A stretch of DNA of 60,534 nt from a virus (IMGVR_UViG_3300048672_000522:1-60534), one strand, 5' to 3'. Counted from the first letter of the stretch, positions 10,598 to 23,086 are shown. Made by a program: numbers and translations. The notes: a model not told the origin generated them from the letters alone.

Positions 10598-13480
10598 TTA
10601 TACCACCATGAGTGTTGCGACACCTTTAATTGAGATCTAGCCAGATGAACTCGCTGCCAATACTCTCATCATACCAGTGTTTATATCTGCAGTGATAGTA
10701 GCATTTGTGCTTCCTATTTCAAGTGATACACCGAAGAAATCATATATCTGCACGGTAGTACCATCATGAAGAACATTGAAGTTCATGTATCTATGAGCAG
10801 ATCCATTCTGTATCGTCAGTCTGAAGTTACCACCCCTGTAGGTAGTAATTGGTGCAGTGAATATAGGTGAGATAGTAGTAATTCCGGTAGCACTAAACTG
10901 TGCTTGTTTCTCAAATGTAATTGCAGAACCATTAGAACCAAAATTGCTGTAATAGTACAACCATTTCTAGCCAGTGTAGATCAGATGAATTTCTATACCA
11001 GCGATATCAAGAATCAGACTCTCATTGACTGTAAGATCACCTATCTATGCCCCAGTGCTAGGTGCAATAGTGAGACTGTTTAGTGCCCATGAAGAACCAT
11101 CTGCAATCCATACTTGCATACCAACAGTGGGAGAAGATGGGAGAGTTACTGTAAAAGCACCTGCTGAAGTATCAGCAAGAATACCGTCTTTATCCGCTGC
11201 AGTGTAATTTGCAATCTTTTTGGTGTATGTTATTCCACCCCCTGCTCCGGAGATTGTAACATTCCCAGAACCAAGAATGGACACACCATTGATCGTCTTG
11301 ATGTTCGTCCCTGATACTAGAGGGGCTTGTGCGTAAGAACTGACATTAACCGAATCTAAAACTGTTCTCCAAGGTTGCCATGTGCCGTTATTTTTACCTC
11401 TTACAGCAATTTGACCTGTTCTATAATCTCCATATATGTTATGTTTCCATGAAGAAGAATAGACATGCGAATACAAAGCACCATCGACTTGACCCAGTAA
11501 AGAAATTCCACTGATGTAACTGACACAACTTTCTGTGTTGTCTAACCCAGCGTTTGACGATGTAGTGGATGTTAGATTTGTTAGTCTAACAGCAGTCGTT
11601 GCAGATGCAGCATTTCCGGTAATATCGCTTGAAGTGAATGCTAGTTGTTTCCATGTTGACCATGTGGTGTCCGCATTTGCTCCGCGCACCCAGAGATTAT
11701 GATTGTCTGTGAATCCGACCTGTCTAACTCCGCCACCCGACCAATCAGAACCAGATGCGTATTGTCTGAGAGTCAGAACACCATGATACATGCCACCATC
11801 ATTAAGACCATCTGTGGTATTGGCTTTAAAATCTGCTTGAATTCTATTGCTAAATGATTGCGGTGTTGATGCTACTGATCGCGTATCCGCTACTAGAACT
11901 GCCCCAGAATATCCAGCTGTATTCTGATTTAATGTAGGAATATCAGCTGCAACGATTGTTCTAAATGACGGTTGTCCAGCAGCCGCATTAGGAGCAGCAT
12001 AGAATGTATTAGCTGTTTTAGATACTGGTTCCAGTTGATCGATTGTATGAGTGAATACATCGGAAAAATACACATTAGAAAATATGATCTGTGATGTGCC
12101 GCCAGTAGCGTTGTAATCCGTCAATGTCCCGATAACAACAGATGCAGTTGATATTGGTAGCCCGGTAGTCGCTGCCGATGTTAAGTCTGTATGAACTCCC
12201 CCTGTTAGAGTCCCTACATAAGTCGTCCATGATTCTGGTACTGGATATGGGGTAATTGGATATAAATACGACGCGCCGGATGAACCGTTGCCCACTATAT
12301 GTCCAGCAGCAAAATTTCCACCTACCCAGGGTGATTTAAGGGTGATAACGTTTCCAGAAATACCCCCAGCAGCCCACAAACCAGCAGCCCAATAGTATCT
12401 TGAATACGTACCAGGGGGCCATGTCTTTCCGAATGAATCTGTCCAGTTCCAGAAAATGATAGAACTTCTGTGATCTGAAGTAGAGTTCCACCAGTTTGCA
12501 GCTGATGTCAGAGTGATAGTAGTATCACCATTATTTAGGGGGAGTGCTAACGTTGTCCGTGTATTTGCCTGCTCCATGTAATTTGTCGGCTGGATACTCA
12601 AACCAGCGCCGTCATACGGAGCAATATACATATATGCCCGAGCAAGAACACCGGCATTTAATTGTTTAAATGCTATTGATGAATAGTATTTCTTATTCGG
12701 ATTTACCGGGATAAATTCAGATGTCGAATTGTTATTCTGAGTACCCGATCCAATTGATCTAAAAGCCTGTTTTGCCCCAACTGGGACATCGGCATAGATT
12801 CCGGTAACATTGTTCCAGTTGTAAAGTGTTCCAAGAATACCATTGCCGTTTGCTACAAGATTATTCCCTCTGCTCAGAATTGCATCTTTTTCTGATTTTA
12901 TAAACGCAGTGGTTGCTAGTTGTGCAGTATTCGTTCCAACAGTAGCAGTCGGTGCTGTTGGAACTCCGGTTAAAGCCGGAGATGTCGAAAAAACAAGAGA
13001 CCCAGTTCCAGTCTCGTCAGTTATTGACGCAGCTAGTTGTGCTGAAGTTGCTACAAAAGTATTATTTGATAGATCTATCGTCTTATTGGTTAATGTAGCA
13101 GTCGCAGAGTTCTTAGTAGCATCAGATGTGTTATCAACATTACCAAGACCAACATCATTTTTTGTTAAAGATATGCCATATCCAGCAAGAGTAGTTGGCT
13201 TAGATGTGATACTGGACCATGCGGGAGTTATAAGAATATCGCTACCAGCTGATGTAATTCTCCCCTTCGCGTCAACTGTGAAGTTTCTAAGCTGAGTTGC
13301 TGATTGATATGTTCCGGCAACAACACCGGTAGCCGTGAGCGTAGAAACTGTGGAACCAGCTGATATAGAAATGTCGCCTGACACAGCTGGAAATTGTGTC
13401 ACTGAAAGTTTAGTATTTGAATCGAGAGTTGCTATGCCGTTGGCAACACCAACCTACGATATTTGTGTTGCTTTAGTCAT
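10598..13480 (-). CDS. Long tail fibre / receptor-binding protein, 960 aa
   Basis: Joins ORFs 11045-13402 and 10637-10960 through TAGs; VGLGNVDNTSD, SPALTGVPTAPT, IKTINGVSILG and WSTWKQ fibre motifs. Confidence 0.85.
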
Positions 13481-14274
13481 TAATTAATCGCCCAACCATA
13501 AGTCTAATTGACATAGACAAATTCTATCTATACCGATGTATACACATTAATAGTCATATCCTCTGCCAACCCCATTATGTTCTGACTATTGCGAAGTACT
13601 GTCATTGAGAACCCATGTGATTTGTGAATTTTGACAAAATTGCCAACAACTGGATTTGATGGAAGTTTCAGACTATTTCCGGCACTCATGTACCATAATT
13701 CACCTGGAAATGAATCCATTATAGCCCCAGAATCCTATCCACCATCTCTAACTTGAACTTGTGACTGGCTAGTTACAGAATCAAACCAATACGCTTCAAA
13801 CACATCATCAGAAGAAGTAGATATTCCGAATATTGTAATCTAAGTCCCAGATGAAGCATCATAGTCCAAACCTGCTACTAGCTTTATACCATTTCTGAAA
13901 AATTCGATTTTATTAGCAGGATATCCGCCAGAAATCGGAAACACAGTTTGGCCTACAGTAGGAGTGCTGAATATTCTTTTTTCATATGCAGAAGCCGCCA
14001 CAGTGTTGATGTTACCTGTCCCAACGACAGAAACACCATTTATGGTTTTAATGTTTGTGCTAGTGATGAAATTGGAGTCGTTAGTGAGCTGACTGTTGTT
14101 TATCAGCTATTGATCTGTCCAGACCTTTACGATCTAGTCAGTAGTACCATTATTTCGTTTTAGAAATAAAGTACCATCCCTACTATTGACTGCAAGTTCA
14201 CCTAATGCTAGTTGCCCTGTAGTAGGTGCGGCACTAGCCGTGGACTATCGCTTTAATAGTAGGGTATTTGCCAT
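13480..14274 (-). CDS. Tail fibre-like protein with Mtd_N/hyaluronidase-type N-terminus, 264 aa, multiple TAGs
   Basis: MANTLLLKR*STASAAPTTGQLALGELAVN; C-terminal RNSQNIMGLAED...YVN*TYGW. Confidence 0.8.
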
Positions 14275-14289
14275 TCATTATCCAGAGAG

Positions 14290-14439
14290 TTACTCTGTTT
14301 TAGAATCTAGAGATTGTACTTGGTACTGTTGTTGAATCTTACCGATCAACTGGAATACTTGAACATATGGCTATTGAGCCAACGAATTCAAGATTGTATT
14401 CAGTTCTTGTTCTGTGAGATCAGATAGAGTGAATTTCAT
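14290..14439 (-). CDS. Small fibre-associated hypothetical protein, 49 aa
   Basis: MKFTLSDLTEQELNTILNSLAQ*PYVQVFQLIGKIQQQ with GAGG RBS. Confidence 0.65.
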
Positions 14440-14462
14440 TTAATAGCATCCTCAAGTTCAAA

Positions 14463-15863
14463 TTAATATGTGCCGCAATCGATAGTCACATTATCGAAGG
14501 TGGTTAGACCGGTGATAGAACCACCGGTTATATTTATGTTTGAACTTGATTGTGTTGCTATTGTGCCTAAACCCAATGTAGTTCTCATTGTAGATGCATC
14601 GGTGTCATCCAATAGAGATCTAGCAAATGTTGTCAATGTAGTGAGTGCTGCTGATGCTGCGCCTGTGTAGTATGCCAACTGATCAGCCGCAGGGGTGAGA
14701 CCACCAACAGTCGAAAGAGCGGCAGACAGAGAGAACGTTGGGTTACCGGCTACACCATCGCCATTCGATACACTGATGCCAGTACCGGAGACTGACAGTG
14801 TTCTTGCTGCGATAGTACCCGATGCAGTTCGGGTAATTATACCATTAGTTGCATTGCTATGATACCCGGCTAATTCTGTACTGACGGAAATTGTGTTACC
14901 AGACTTAACGATGCCAGTACCAGCAGTGATACCGCCAGCACCGTTGAACTGCACGAAATCAATACCAGTTGTGTCAAGAGTTCCGCCTGCATTAGAAGTA
15001 CATACGAAGGCAAAATCCGCCTGAGTAGAACCTTCCTCCACGAACATGTAAGCACCAGGTACTTCTGCCCAGGAATTCATATCCGTAGCACGAGTCCAAG
15101 AACCTGCAGCAACAATATAGACACCATTCTGAGATGTAGTAGATTGGTTCTTTACCAGAACTCTGTCACCTGCAATCAGTGCTACACCATCAATCGTTTG
15201 TGTGCCAGAGAGGGTGATGTTAGCAGTAGTCGCAGCTCTTACAGATGCTTTAGGATCCAAACCTTGCAGCAGTGTATCCGTTTCCGTCTTGGTATAAGCA
15301 TCAGTGATGCCGTATCCAGAAATTGTAGTCGGCTTGGATGTAATGCTAGACCAAGCAGGAGTAATTGTGGTTAGTGCTCCGGTAGAAGTAACTCTACCCT
15401 TAGCATCAACTGTGAAGGATTGTGTCTGTGTGGCAGAGTTGTTATATGTGCCAGCGGTGACACCGGAGTTCGCCAGGGTGAGAGTGATTGCTGTAGTACC
15501 AGTACCAGAAGCATCGCCAGAAACTGTTATCGATTGGTTACCTGTAATGTAACCTTGTGCTTTAACATAAGCAGTAGTCGCAGCAGCAGTGCTGTTATCA
15601 GAAATAGCTGGAGTCGGGAGAATTGGAGATGAGGAGAATGTCTTGACTCCTGCAACCGTCTGCGCTCCGGTGAGACCAACGAAAGCACCTGGTCCACCGA
15701 TAGGTATAACTGTTGTTGCACTGCCACCGCCACCGCCAGTTCCTTTGCCGTAATAGAGTACATCATCTACTTCATTAAAGGCTAATTCGGCATTAGCCAA
15801 ACTAGCAGGAGCGCCTGCAGCACCACCCTGGGCACGTCTTTTGATTCTTACTGTATTCGCCAT
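14463..15863 (-). CDS. Tail fibre protein, 466 aa
   Basis: IRIKRR-type N-terminus with ELAFNE; KASVRAATTANITLSGTQTIDGV...RVLVKNQ...NGVY...WTRATD; ends IDCGTY. Confidence 0.85.
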   Translation of the reverse strand: MANTVRIKRRAQGGAAGAPASLANAELAFNEVDDVLYYGKGTGGGGGSATTVIPIGGPGAFVGLTGAQTVAGVKTFSSSPILPTPAISDNSTAAATTAYVKAQGYITGNQSITVSGDASGTGTTAITLTLANSGVTAGTYNNSATQTQSFTVDAKGRVTSTGALTTITPAWSSITSKPTTISGYGITDAYTKTETDTLLQGLDPKASVRAATTANITLSGTQTIDGVALIAGDRVLVKNQSTTSQNGVYIVAAGSWTRATDMNSWAEVPGAYMFVEEGSTQADFAFVCTSNAGGTLDTTGIDFVQFNGAGGITAGTGIVKSGNTISVSTELAGYHSNATNGIITRTASGTIAARTLSVSGTGISVSNGDGVAGNPTFSLSAALSTVGGLTPAADQLAYYTGAASAALTTLTTFARSLLDDTDASTMRTTLGLGTIATQSSSNINITGGSITGLTTFDNVTIDCGTY

Positions 15864-16129
15864 TAGAAATTCCCACCATCTGTTATATTATCTTGACCGA
15901 AATTGGACCAACTCTAACCCGAATACTGTAGTACATCACCATTAGTTAAAGAAGAAACTGAAACTGGAACACCAGCAATAGAAGTAGCATCACCAGATGT
16001 TCCACCTCCACCACCTGAAATTGATATATCCATTGTACCATCAAACTCTACACCATTAATCTTTCTTGGTGTAGCAAGTTTCTCTGCAGCGTGAGTATTA
16101 ATTAACTGAAGATCATCGTGAAGAGACAT
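15863..16129 (-). CDS. Small fibre-like protein, 88 aa
   Basis: KLATPRKINGVEFDGT fibre motif; YSG*SW...DGGNF; TAA overlaps the next ATG. Confidence 0.75.
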
Positions 16130-16164
16130 GGTGAAACTTGTGGTGAAACTTGTGGTGAAACTAG
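16129..16164 (+). repeat. Three tandem 12-bp repeats TGGTGAAACT(T/A)G
   Basis: Units at 16129, 16141 and 16153, directly upstream of the conserved promoter element. Confidence 0.9.
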
Positions 16165-16166
16165 TG

Positions 16167-16272
16167 AAAAACTTTTTGCTAAGAGGGGTTTACAAAGATC
16201 CAGGGCAATATACAATCATATTAAAAGGATAATCTTAGTTGCTACCCCCGTTCGTTGGTAATGGAACTATCT
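16167..16272 (+). promoter_or_regulatory. Conserved ~105-bp intergenic element, copy 1 (GTTTAC...TACAAT early-type promoter plus conserved downstream block)
   Basis: Shares blocks with 57498-57602; GTTTAC 16188-16193, TACAAT 16211-16216. Confidence 0.75.
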
Positions 16273-16276
16273 CTGG

Positions 16277-17020
16277 TTATCCTATAAAGAATGAGAGTGG
16301 TGCCAGAGAATTCATAATCTGATCTTCAATTTTCTCGATATCATCCTGTGCTGCATTGTACATGGTCTGCCCATCCAGAGTTACACCACCAGGAAGAGAC
16401 ATACCCTGATATTTACTCAGGTTTTGTGCCCATTGCATCTTAGTGAGTGCAATTACATATTCCTTGAATAATCTCTCATTCCACATTTTAGGAGATGTTT
16501 CTGGATCTAGTGCAGCGTAACATTCCAACATAATCCAAGCACCTTCAGAAATCTTGACATCCCAATTCAGATTGAGATACAATTTACCTTCAAGTCGGTT
16601 AAAATCAAACTGCCTATCTGCATTCAATCTATTCTGTAGCAAAGAAATATGCTACATAACTTGTTCATAATAAATGATACTTGTTGAGGTTAGATCCCTC
16701 ATATCATTCATTCTTAATTGGTATTCAAGGTCAAATATATTTGGTTGACCATTTGTGCTATTACTAGCATTGAATACATTTGTGATTGACCAGATGTGAT
16801 CAGGGATAACAATATACTTGTCCAGTTTATTCTGAGCAGTAACCTGGTGTTTGAAGTATTCCTTCTTAATGCCATCCCAATAGTACTCGCGAAAAAATGC
16901 AATGGCTTCATCGATTCTGTCCTCCAGCTGCTCAGTAGCAACATCGATATTAATTAACGGCGCGCCAAGTGCTCTAAAGACATAAGCCTTCAATTGTTCT
17001 CTATTTGAAACGATCGCCAT
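16277..17020 (-). CDS. gp13: Neck protein gp13, 247 aa, 1 TAG
   Basis: LGAPLINIDV..EQLEDRIDEA, FDLEYQLRMND, QWAQNLSKYQGMSLPGGVTLDG; two track ORFs are in frame across TAG 16652. Confidence 0.95.
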
Positions 17021-17457
17021 TACTAACCCTTCTTATCTACTGCCAATTTAAGAGCATAGTACAAAGTGCCTGGATTGAATAATTGCGCTTTTTCAATTCC
17101 CAGTAACTCAGCCATTAACTCAGAACAGAAGTATTTATTCTTGGTATTGTCAAAAGATGGGAAGATGAAACCGAAGTTGCCCAAGATATCATACCCGAGA
17201 CCTACTTTAGTAGCAAGTTTCAATCTTATCTCATTCTCCCATTGGTCTGGAAGTTCGATGTAGTCCCAATGCTCTGGATTGTATTCGATAGTTTTCAGTC
17301 GGACTCCACCATCCACGTAAGATGCAGAGCCAGATACTCCGTCAGAGAACAGGAATTCACAGTGAGAGTATGGGGTTCTAGTCCACCAATGAACTGCTCT
17401 CTAGTAGAGACCTTCCAGCCCGGGGCGAACACCTTTATAGAAAGCAGCTTTGAACAT
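17020..17457 (-). CDS. Permuted papain-like NlpC/P60-type protein, 145 aa
   Basis: AFYKG...GLY*RAVHWWTRTPYSHCE...YD..G...KYFCSEL (His before Cys); final TAG is followed by TAA. Confidence 0.75.
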
Positions 17458-17512
17458 GATTAACCTCCAGGTTCAGTTGGTGCTAAGGTCTATCTGTATA
17501 GAATCTTTGCTA

Positions 17513-17848
17513 TTATTGACCCTTGAAGACTTCATCTTGTTGGATAACAGAGTCCAGAATGATCAGTGCTCTACCTTCCGCCAGTAGACCCAAAGTTTCT
17601 AGAGCAAGAACACCCGCGCGGGTATCTTCTCTATCCAGATCGATGAAAGTAGCCACAGTGATCTTTTCTTTGTACCTACGGATAGCCGCTGCATTCACAG
17701 TAGCACCAATAGAGGCAAGATCCAGAGCAATCGCTTCTGCATCAGTGAACCTGTTCATGAACGCCAACTTAGTAATGTGACGAACTGGGGCAACGGGTTC
17801 TTGATAAACTTCCGGTCTAATTCCTGTATCAACGACGATTAATGTCAT
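17513..17848 (-). CDS. Tail fibre assembly/chaperone-like protein (paralog of 22653-23060)
   Basis: ITKLAFMNRFTDAEAIALDLAS...IDL...GLLAEGRA; located in the fibre cluster. Confidence 0.65.
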   Translation of the reverse strand: MTLIVVDTGIRPEVYQEPVAPVRHITKLAFMNRFTDAEAIALDLASIGATVNAAAIRRYKEKITVATFIDLDREDTRAGVLALETLGLLAEGRALIILDSVIQQDEVFKGQ

Positions 17849-18327
17849 ATTGTTTCTCTCTTTTCTTGGAATCCAAACTACAGATTGATCCTGGGTACAT
17901 TGCCAATTACTTTAGTGGAAGCATGAGTTACATGACTTGCTACTATTTTGAATGCCATGCGTTCCTTCAGCACTACAATCTTACCATCTTGGATCTAATC
18001 ACCACCACTAAGTGGTTTTTGTATGATGATATTTATTCTCGTATGTTGAGTAAATCCATCCTGGATAGGGTCGGTATGAGGATGGATCTCTGCACCTTCT
18101 TGATTGAATGACAAGAAATCTGTGAAGTATGGATCTGGATATTCTAGACCGAACTGTGCCTTAACTCGTTCCCTGACTATGTTCAGAACTGGAATGTGCT
18201 ATAGATCACTCAGTCTCCTGAATTCCCTACCGGGGCCATTTGGCAACAGCAATGGCAAATTCTCATTAGCCCAAGAAAGGAGAGAACTTCTCTCCTATTC
18301 TGTTATGAACTCATCAATGAATTGCAT
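17845..18327 (-). CDS. 2OG-Fe(II) oxygenase-like protein, 160 aa, 4 TAGs
   Basis: Not in the ORF track; IHPHTD (HxD), distal His (VTHAST) and RINL*FGF. Confidence 0.75.
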
Positions 18328-18767
18328 TAGTGCTCGTGATCATCTAAATCTGGGTGATATGTCGGGACAATATCTTCACAGTACTGGGCGATGCAATCAG
18401 GTTCTGTGCCAGGTGGGATCATGTCGGCATCAATAATAGAACCAGACTTGTCTCTAAGTCCGTGGACACAGTAAATCATTGTGTCATCTTCTAGTGCCTC
18501 GAATTGATGCTTGTAGTTCTTGAGAACCAAGAGCATCGCTGGTGCATGGTACACAGTAGACACACCATTGACCGTCAGCCTAGCAGAACCTTTAGCAAGA
18601 AGTGAGGCATGGTCCCTGGTGTGAAAGTGGGGAGTATTTTTCTCCCCTGCTTTCTTGAAGTGCATCTGCCTCACCCATACATTGTCGATATAGGCGAGGC
18701 GGACATCAATCTCAGGTTCGCCGCCCATCTATTTGAAATCAGCCTTCATCATTAGTTCTTGTGTCAT
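18327..18767 (-). CDS. Cupin-domain protein, 146 aa
   Basis: VRQMHFKKAG...HFHTRDHASLLAKG...KHQFEALEDDTMIYCVH. Confidence 0.75.
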
Positions 18768-18792
18768 AGTATATCCTAAAACAGGTATATAA

Positions 18793-21639
18793 TCAAGCCA
18801 CACGCATGTATTTCACTACACCTGCTTGCGGGGAGACATAGTTACCATTCTTGATGTAGTCGCCATTCAGACCACCGATAAAGTTACCGTTATAAGTGGT
18901 ATAGATCTTATCATCTCTGGTGTGAATACCAGTAGAGATGCCATCACGGTTAAAGCCGTGATCTCCTGGCGCCCCATTGTTTGCAGTATTGTAAGCATAC
19001 CCAAGATTACTTGAAACAATAGCTTTTGCTGTTCTAGATGTTTTTGTTAAACCGAATGTCGTGCCATCATCTCCAGATGTGAGAAGTTTGTCATCATATC
19101 TGATAAATAATTTCCCAGTAGATGAATCATATGAGCAGAAAATGGGTGAAGTATATGTTTTACCCGTGATCTAATACGTGCTGTCATATGCAGACAAAGA
19201 TCTTACTACCCAATTCGTTCCCAGATCTTGCTACATCGCAACTTGATATGCCCCAGTAATTGGCTGCTGTATGCTGCCAACCACTCTATATTCTGCTTGA
19301 CCGAATGTTAATACCAATTTACCCGTGTTTGTGAAACATGCACCAAACAACATATTGAACTGATAATTCACGCCGTCTGTAAATCTAGTATTCAATGCAG
19401 TCTATGATAAAGGTATTTGTCCAATTGTCCCATTAGAAAAATCTGTTGGGCTAAAAATGATAGAAGTATTATCACTTGAATATCCTGTTGACCCACCACC
19501 GAAACCGACTGGGCAGCTAAATGCGATATATGTGCCACCAGAAGGAGCATAAAATTCTTTCACAATTCTTAACTAAGCTTGATAACCTATTGTGCCACCG
19601 GCACCTTGGCCAGTAGCCAAAGTATAAACAGATGTCCAAGTTGCACCTGAATCTTTCTAGTTAAAGAATCTAAATCCTCCGAATGCAAAATCAAATACCA
19701 TGATATTCGAAGATGTTTGATTCTTGTCTGCAAAAAATTTCAGTGCTTGTGTGCTAGCTTGAAGATCTGCTACTCTAGTCCAAGAAGATAAATTAGAAGT
19801 TCTATAGATTCTTCTATCATCTGTCATCGTCTATAGTGTAGGATAGTTGATGAACTGTGATTGTGCATTAGACCCATTCGCTGTAGCATAGACATCACCA
19901 TTCTGCCCAAGTCCCGGGCAAGACCAAGACGCCATGTATGGCATAAAACCATACTACCAATTTGCCCCGCCGTCAGTGGTGTACAGATATTTTCGGAACA
20001 TACCAAACCCGTAGTGTGATGATCCAAAACCATTAAGAAACGATGTTCCGTTATAATCCGTTGCAAATCTATTAAGGTTTCCTGCCTATGCCTATGATCT
20101 AAGTCCAGAAAGAAGAACTGCACCTGCTTGTGCATCTGGGATACCAGGGAAAAGCAAAACCGTATTCTAGTTTTTCCAAAGAACTGTTTCTACAGTTAAC
20201 CCATCTGCTACTTGGTCTACTATAGTCGCAGTAGTGAATATGTTGGCAGTAGTGTAATTATAGAAGTTGATAAGTGGTCCATTTCCGCCACCACTTTGTG
20301 GTATTCCCCAGTTGATACCGTGCCAAGTACCACCAACATTTACTAGATCTCCCTGTATTGAAGTCGTGTAATCTACCTATCCGGTAGAAGTATGTTCAGT
20401 CCACGTTGTACCGTTAGTCGTCTTATAAGTCTTTCCACATCTGAACCATAGAGTAGTACCATCAAATAGAAAGGATGATTGAGGAGCAGAAATATATGCA
20501 CCCGTTCCCGTTTCCGATGTATTGTTAGATAGTCCAACACCAACCCAAGTGACACCATTGTCTGTACTGTACCAAAGTGCTCTATTATACAGAGTCGCAG
20601 TATAATATGTCATGCTTTGACCATATGAATTTAGTCCTGGATTTGCAGCGATGAGCACTGTACCAAAAGTTGTACACACCTACACTGTAGGTGGAAGAAA
20701 ACCCTAGAATAAAGCAGGTGGGGGTGTCGTAGGTAGTACCCAAGTAGATGTTGGGTCACCAGCTGTGACACATCTACGTATAACTTGTGCGCCGCAAGTT
20801 ATAATATAGACGCTGCCATTGTGAGCAATATCGGTCCATCTTTGTGATTCACCTACGTCAACAATTGACCATGTAATAGAATCAGACTACCAATACAAAA
20901 GTTGAGATGCCGTGCCCTGGAGTGCTCTAGGAGAATCTGCATATCTACTCAGTCCAACTGAAGCATAAGCAGTGCCGTTCTAGTTAAATGGTCCATCCTA
21001 TCCAGGTAGAATAAACATTCTGTTATTCACAACTTCTACATTGCCTACTCTTCCACCATAAGATATGTTAGCTATTAAAGTCCATGTAGAACCATTGTTT
21101 ATAGATCTATAGATATTACCGTTTCTAGTAACACACACAAAGGCACTATTAAAATAGAATAACCCGGCACAACCATATAGCGCTGCTGGATACTCATCTG
21201 ATGCAATTGTATCATTTACCCAGGGAGATGCAATATATTCATATGTTGCGCCAGAATCGGTAGAACGACAGAAGATCTAGCATCTAGTATTGTCGGCAGC
21301 AGCATTCCAACCCACTGGAAATCCAATGATCGTCGTACCATTGGCTGCCATCTTAAATGATGGGGGGTTTGATTGAAGACGACCTGAGTTATTCCAAGTA
21401 GTCAAACTGCCGATGTAAGGCAGTGGATACTTCTGCAAATTCTGCTTGATCTCTGCATTATAGATCTATCCGCGGATTGAAGCGGGCACCTGAGGATAAG
21501 TAGAACCCAGTGCAGAAACTCCAGATCTCAGGAACGTCTGACCGCCTGCTTCATACACGTTTGGTGCTTGATCGGGTATATCCACCATAGAACCAATTGG
21601 CACGCCGCCACCACCGAAGAATTGAGTTAAAGTGCTCAT
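18793..21639 (-). CDS. Large BNR/Asp-box repeat (beta-propeller-like) putative receptor-binding protein, 948 aa, ~18 TAGs
   Basis: Single frame ATG 21639 to TGA 18793; MSTLTQFFGGG start; STDSGATY, SINNGSTW, STDNGVTW and TTDGGANW repeats; ends YMRVA. Confidence 0.8.
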
Positions 21640-21684
21640 CTTATTTCTTATCCTATTTCAATTTGTTTGAACTAATCTATTTAT

Positions 21685-22653
21685 TCAGAGTGTGTAAGCC
21701 ATCCACTCGATGATGACACCGCCATTACCACCTTTACCACCTGTCACATTATAATAGTTTTGGTTTGCATATAAGCCAGATCCGCCTCCGCCTCCGCCGA
21801 ATGCACCACCAGACCCACCACTTCCGTAGTAATTAGTCCCATATGTACCACCCCCGCCTGCAAACATGCCACCAGGGTTACCAATGAAATCATAATAACT
21901 TTGGCCGCTCTGTGTCCCACCAACTCCTGCACCACTCTAGCTTCCAGTAGAAGTATATCCGGTTGGTTGCAGAATTCTATTCTGAAAGATTGGCACTACA
22001 CCTGTGATGGTAGGAGTCAGAGTCCCAAAGTTATAGCTGTACACACCACCTTCAGTTATATCAGACTACGAAAGTTCCATTGCATTCATGTAACAAGTAA
22101 GTGATGGGTTACCAGATGTTCCGGCGCCACGGCCGTTTCCGGCATTTTGTGCATCGCATACCTTGCCATACACACCTACTGCTCCACCACCACCCCCAGC
22201 TAAAAATCCCTGTAAAGAATACTGGAAGCCATTAGCGCCACGGCCGCCATTCACATTCATCACATTTCCACCGGTGCCAGCGCCGCCGTTTCCACCGATT
22301 CCAGGTGTTGAAGATCCGGTGCCGGATCCACCCCATTTACCACCTGTGGCCGAAAGAATACCAAGACCGTTCAATGCAATAGTAGTGTTCCCGCCATTTG
22401 CATTCTGTGCCCCAGCACCGCAGATATATGTAAGAACATCACCTACTTCTAGGGTTAAAATGCTCTGTGCTAACCCACCTGCACCACCTCCACCTCCACC
22501 ATAAGCCCCACCTGCACCACCCGCACCAATAGCGGTGACAAGATATTTCGTTCTGATTTTTGCAGTAAATGTGCCAGAGAAAGTACTTACATGGAACTGA
22601 TAAAGACCTGTAGCACCAGAGCCAGAACCAAAGAATTGCTATACGTTACTCAT
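21685..22653 (-). CDS. Glycine-rich adhesin-like protein, 322 aa
   Basis: MSNV*QFFG start, many GGGG runs, ends GGNGGVIIEW; resembles glycine-rich fibre-tip adhesins. Confidence 0.75.
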
Positions 22654-23060
22654 CAGATACCTCTTGGAATTTCATTTGTTTGTACTGGCGCATTCAGAAT
22701 TTGGTCTGCTCTACCCTGAGCCAAAATGCCCATCTGCTCCAGAGCACTAACACCAGCGATAGTCTCTTCAAGCACCAAGTCGATGTAGGTAGCAGCATTT
22801 ACTTTCTGTTGAAATCTTCTCAGTGAAGCAGCCAGGATGCTAGAACCTTGCTATGCAATGTCCAGAGCGATAGCTTCAGCGTCACTGAAGCGATTCAGAA
22901 AAGCCAGTCTGGTCACCCTCTTTGGCTCTGGCATCGTATTCACTACTTCTGTGATCACCAGTTCACGATACGTACCATGCTCAAAATTCTGTAACATGAA
23001 TTCATGCTACGCAGAGATAGTGTTGATCACTTCCCCATCTTTTAGAATTTCATAAATCAT
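22653..23060 (-). CDS. Tail fibre assembly/chaperone-like protein, 135 aa, 2 TAGs
   Basis: MIYEILKDGEVINTI...VTRLAFLNRFSDAEAIALDIA*QG; paralog of 17513-17848. Confidence 0.7.
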
Positions 23061-23086
23061 CTGTTCTCCAATTGCATTGCTAAGCG

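Noticed and set aside
13480-15863. Diversity-generating retroelement target (Mtd-like N-termini)
   Set aside because: No reverse transcriptase and no adenine-specific template/variable repeat pair seen in the window
16261-16287. Mini-ORF ATG GAA CTA TCT at the end of the duplicated element
   Set aside because: Only four codons are shared between copies and there is no adjacent RBS
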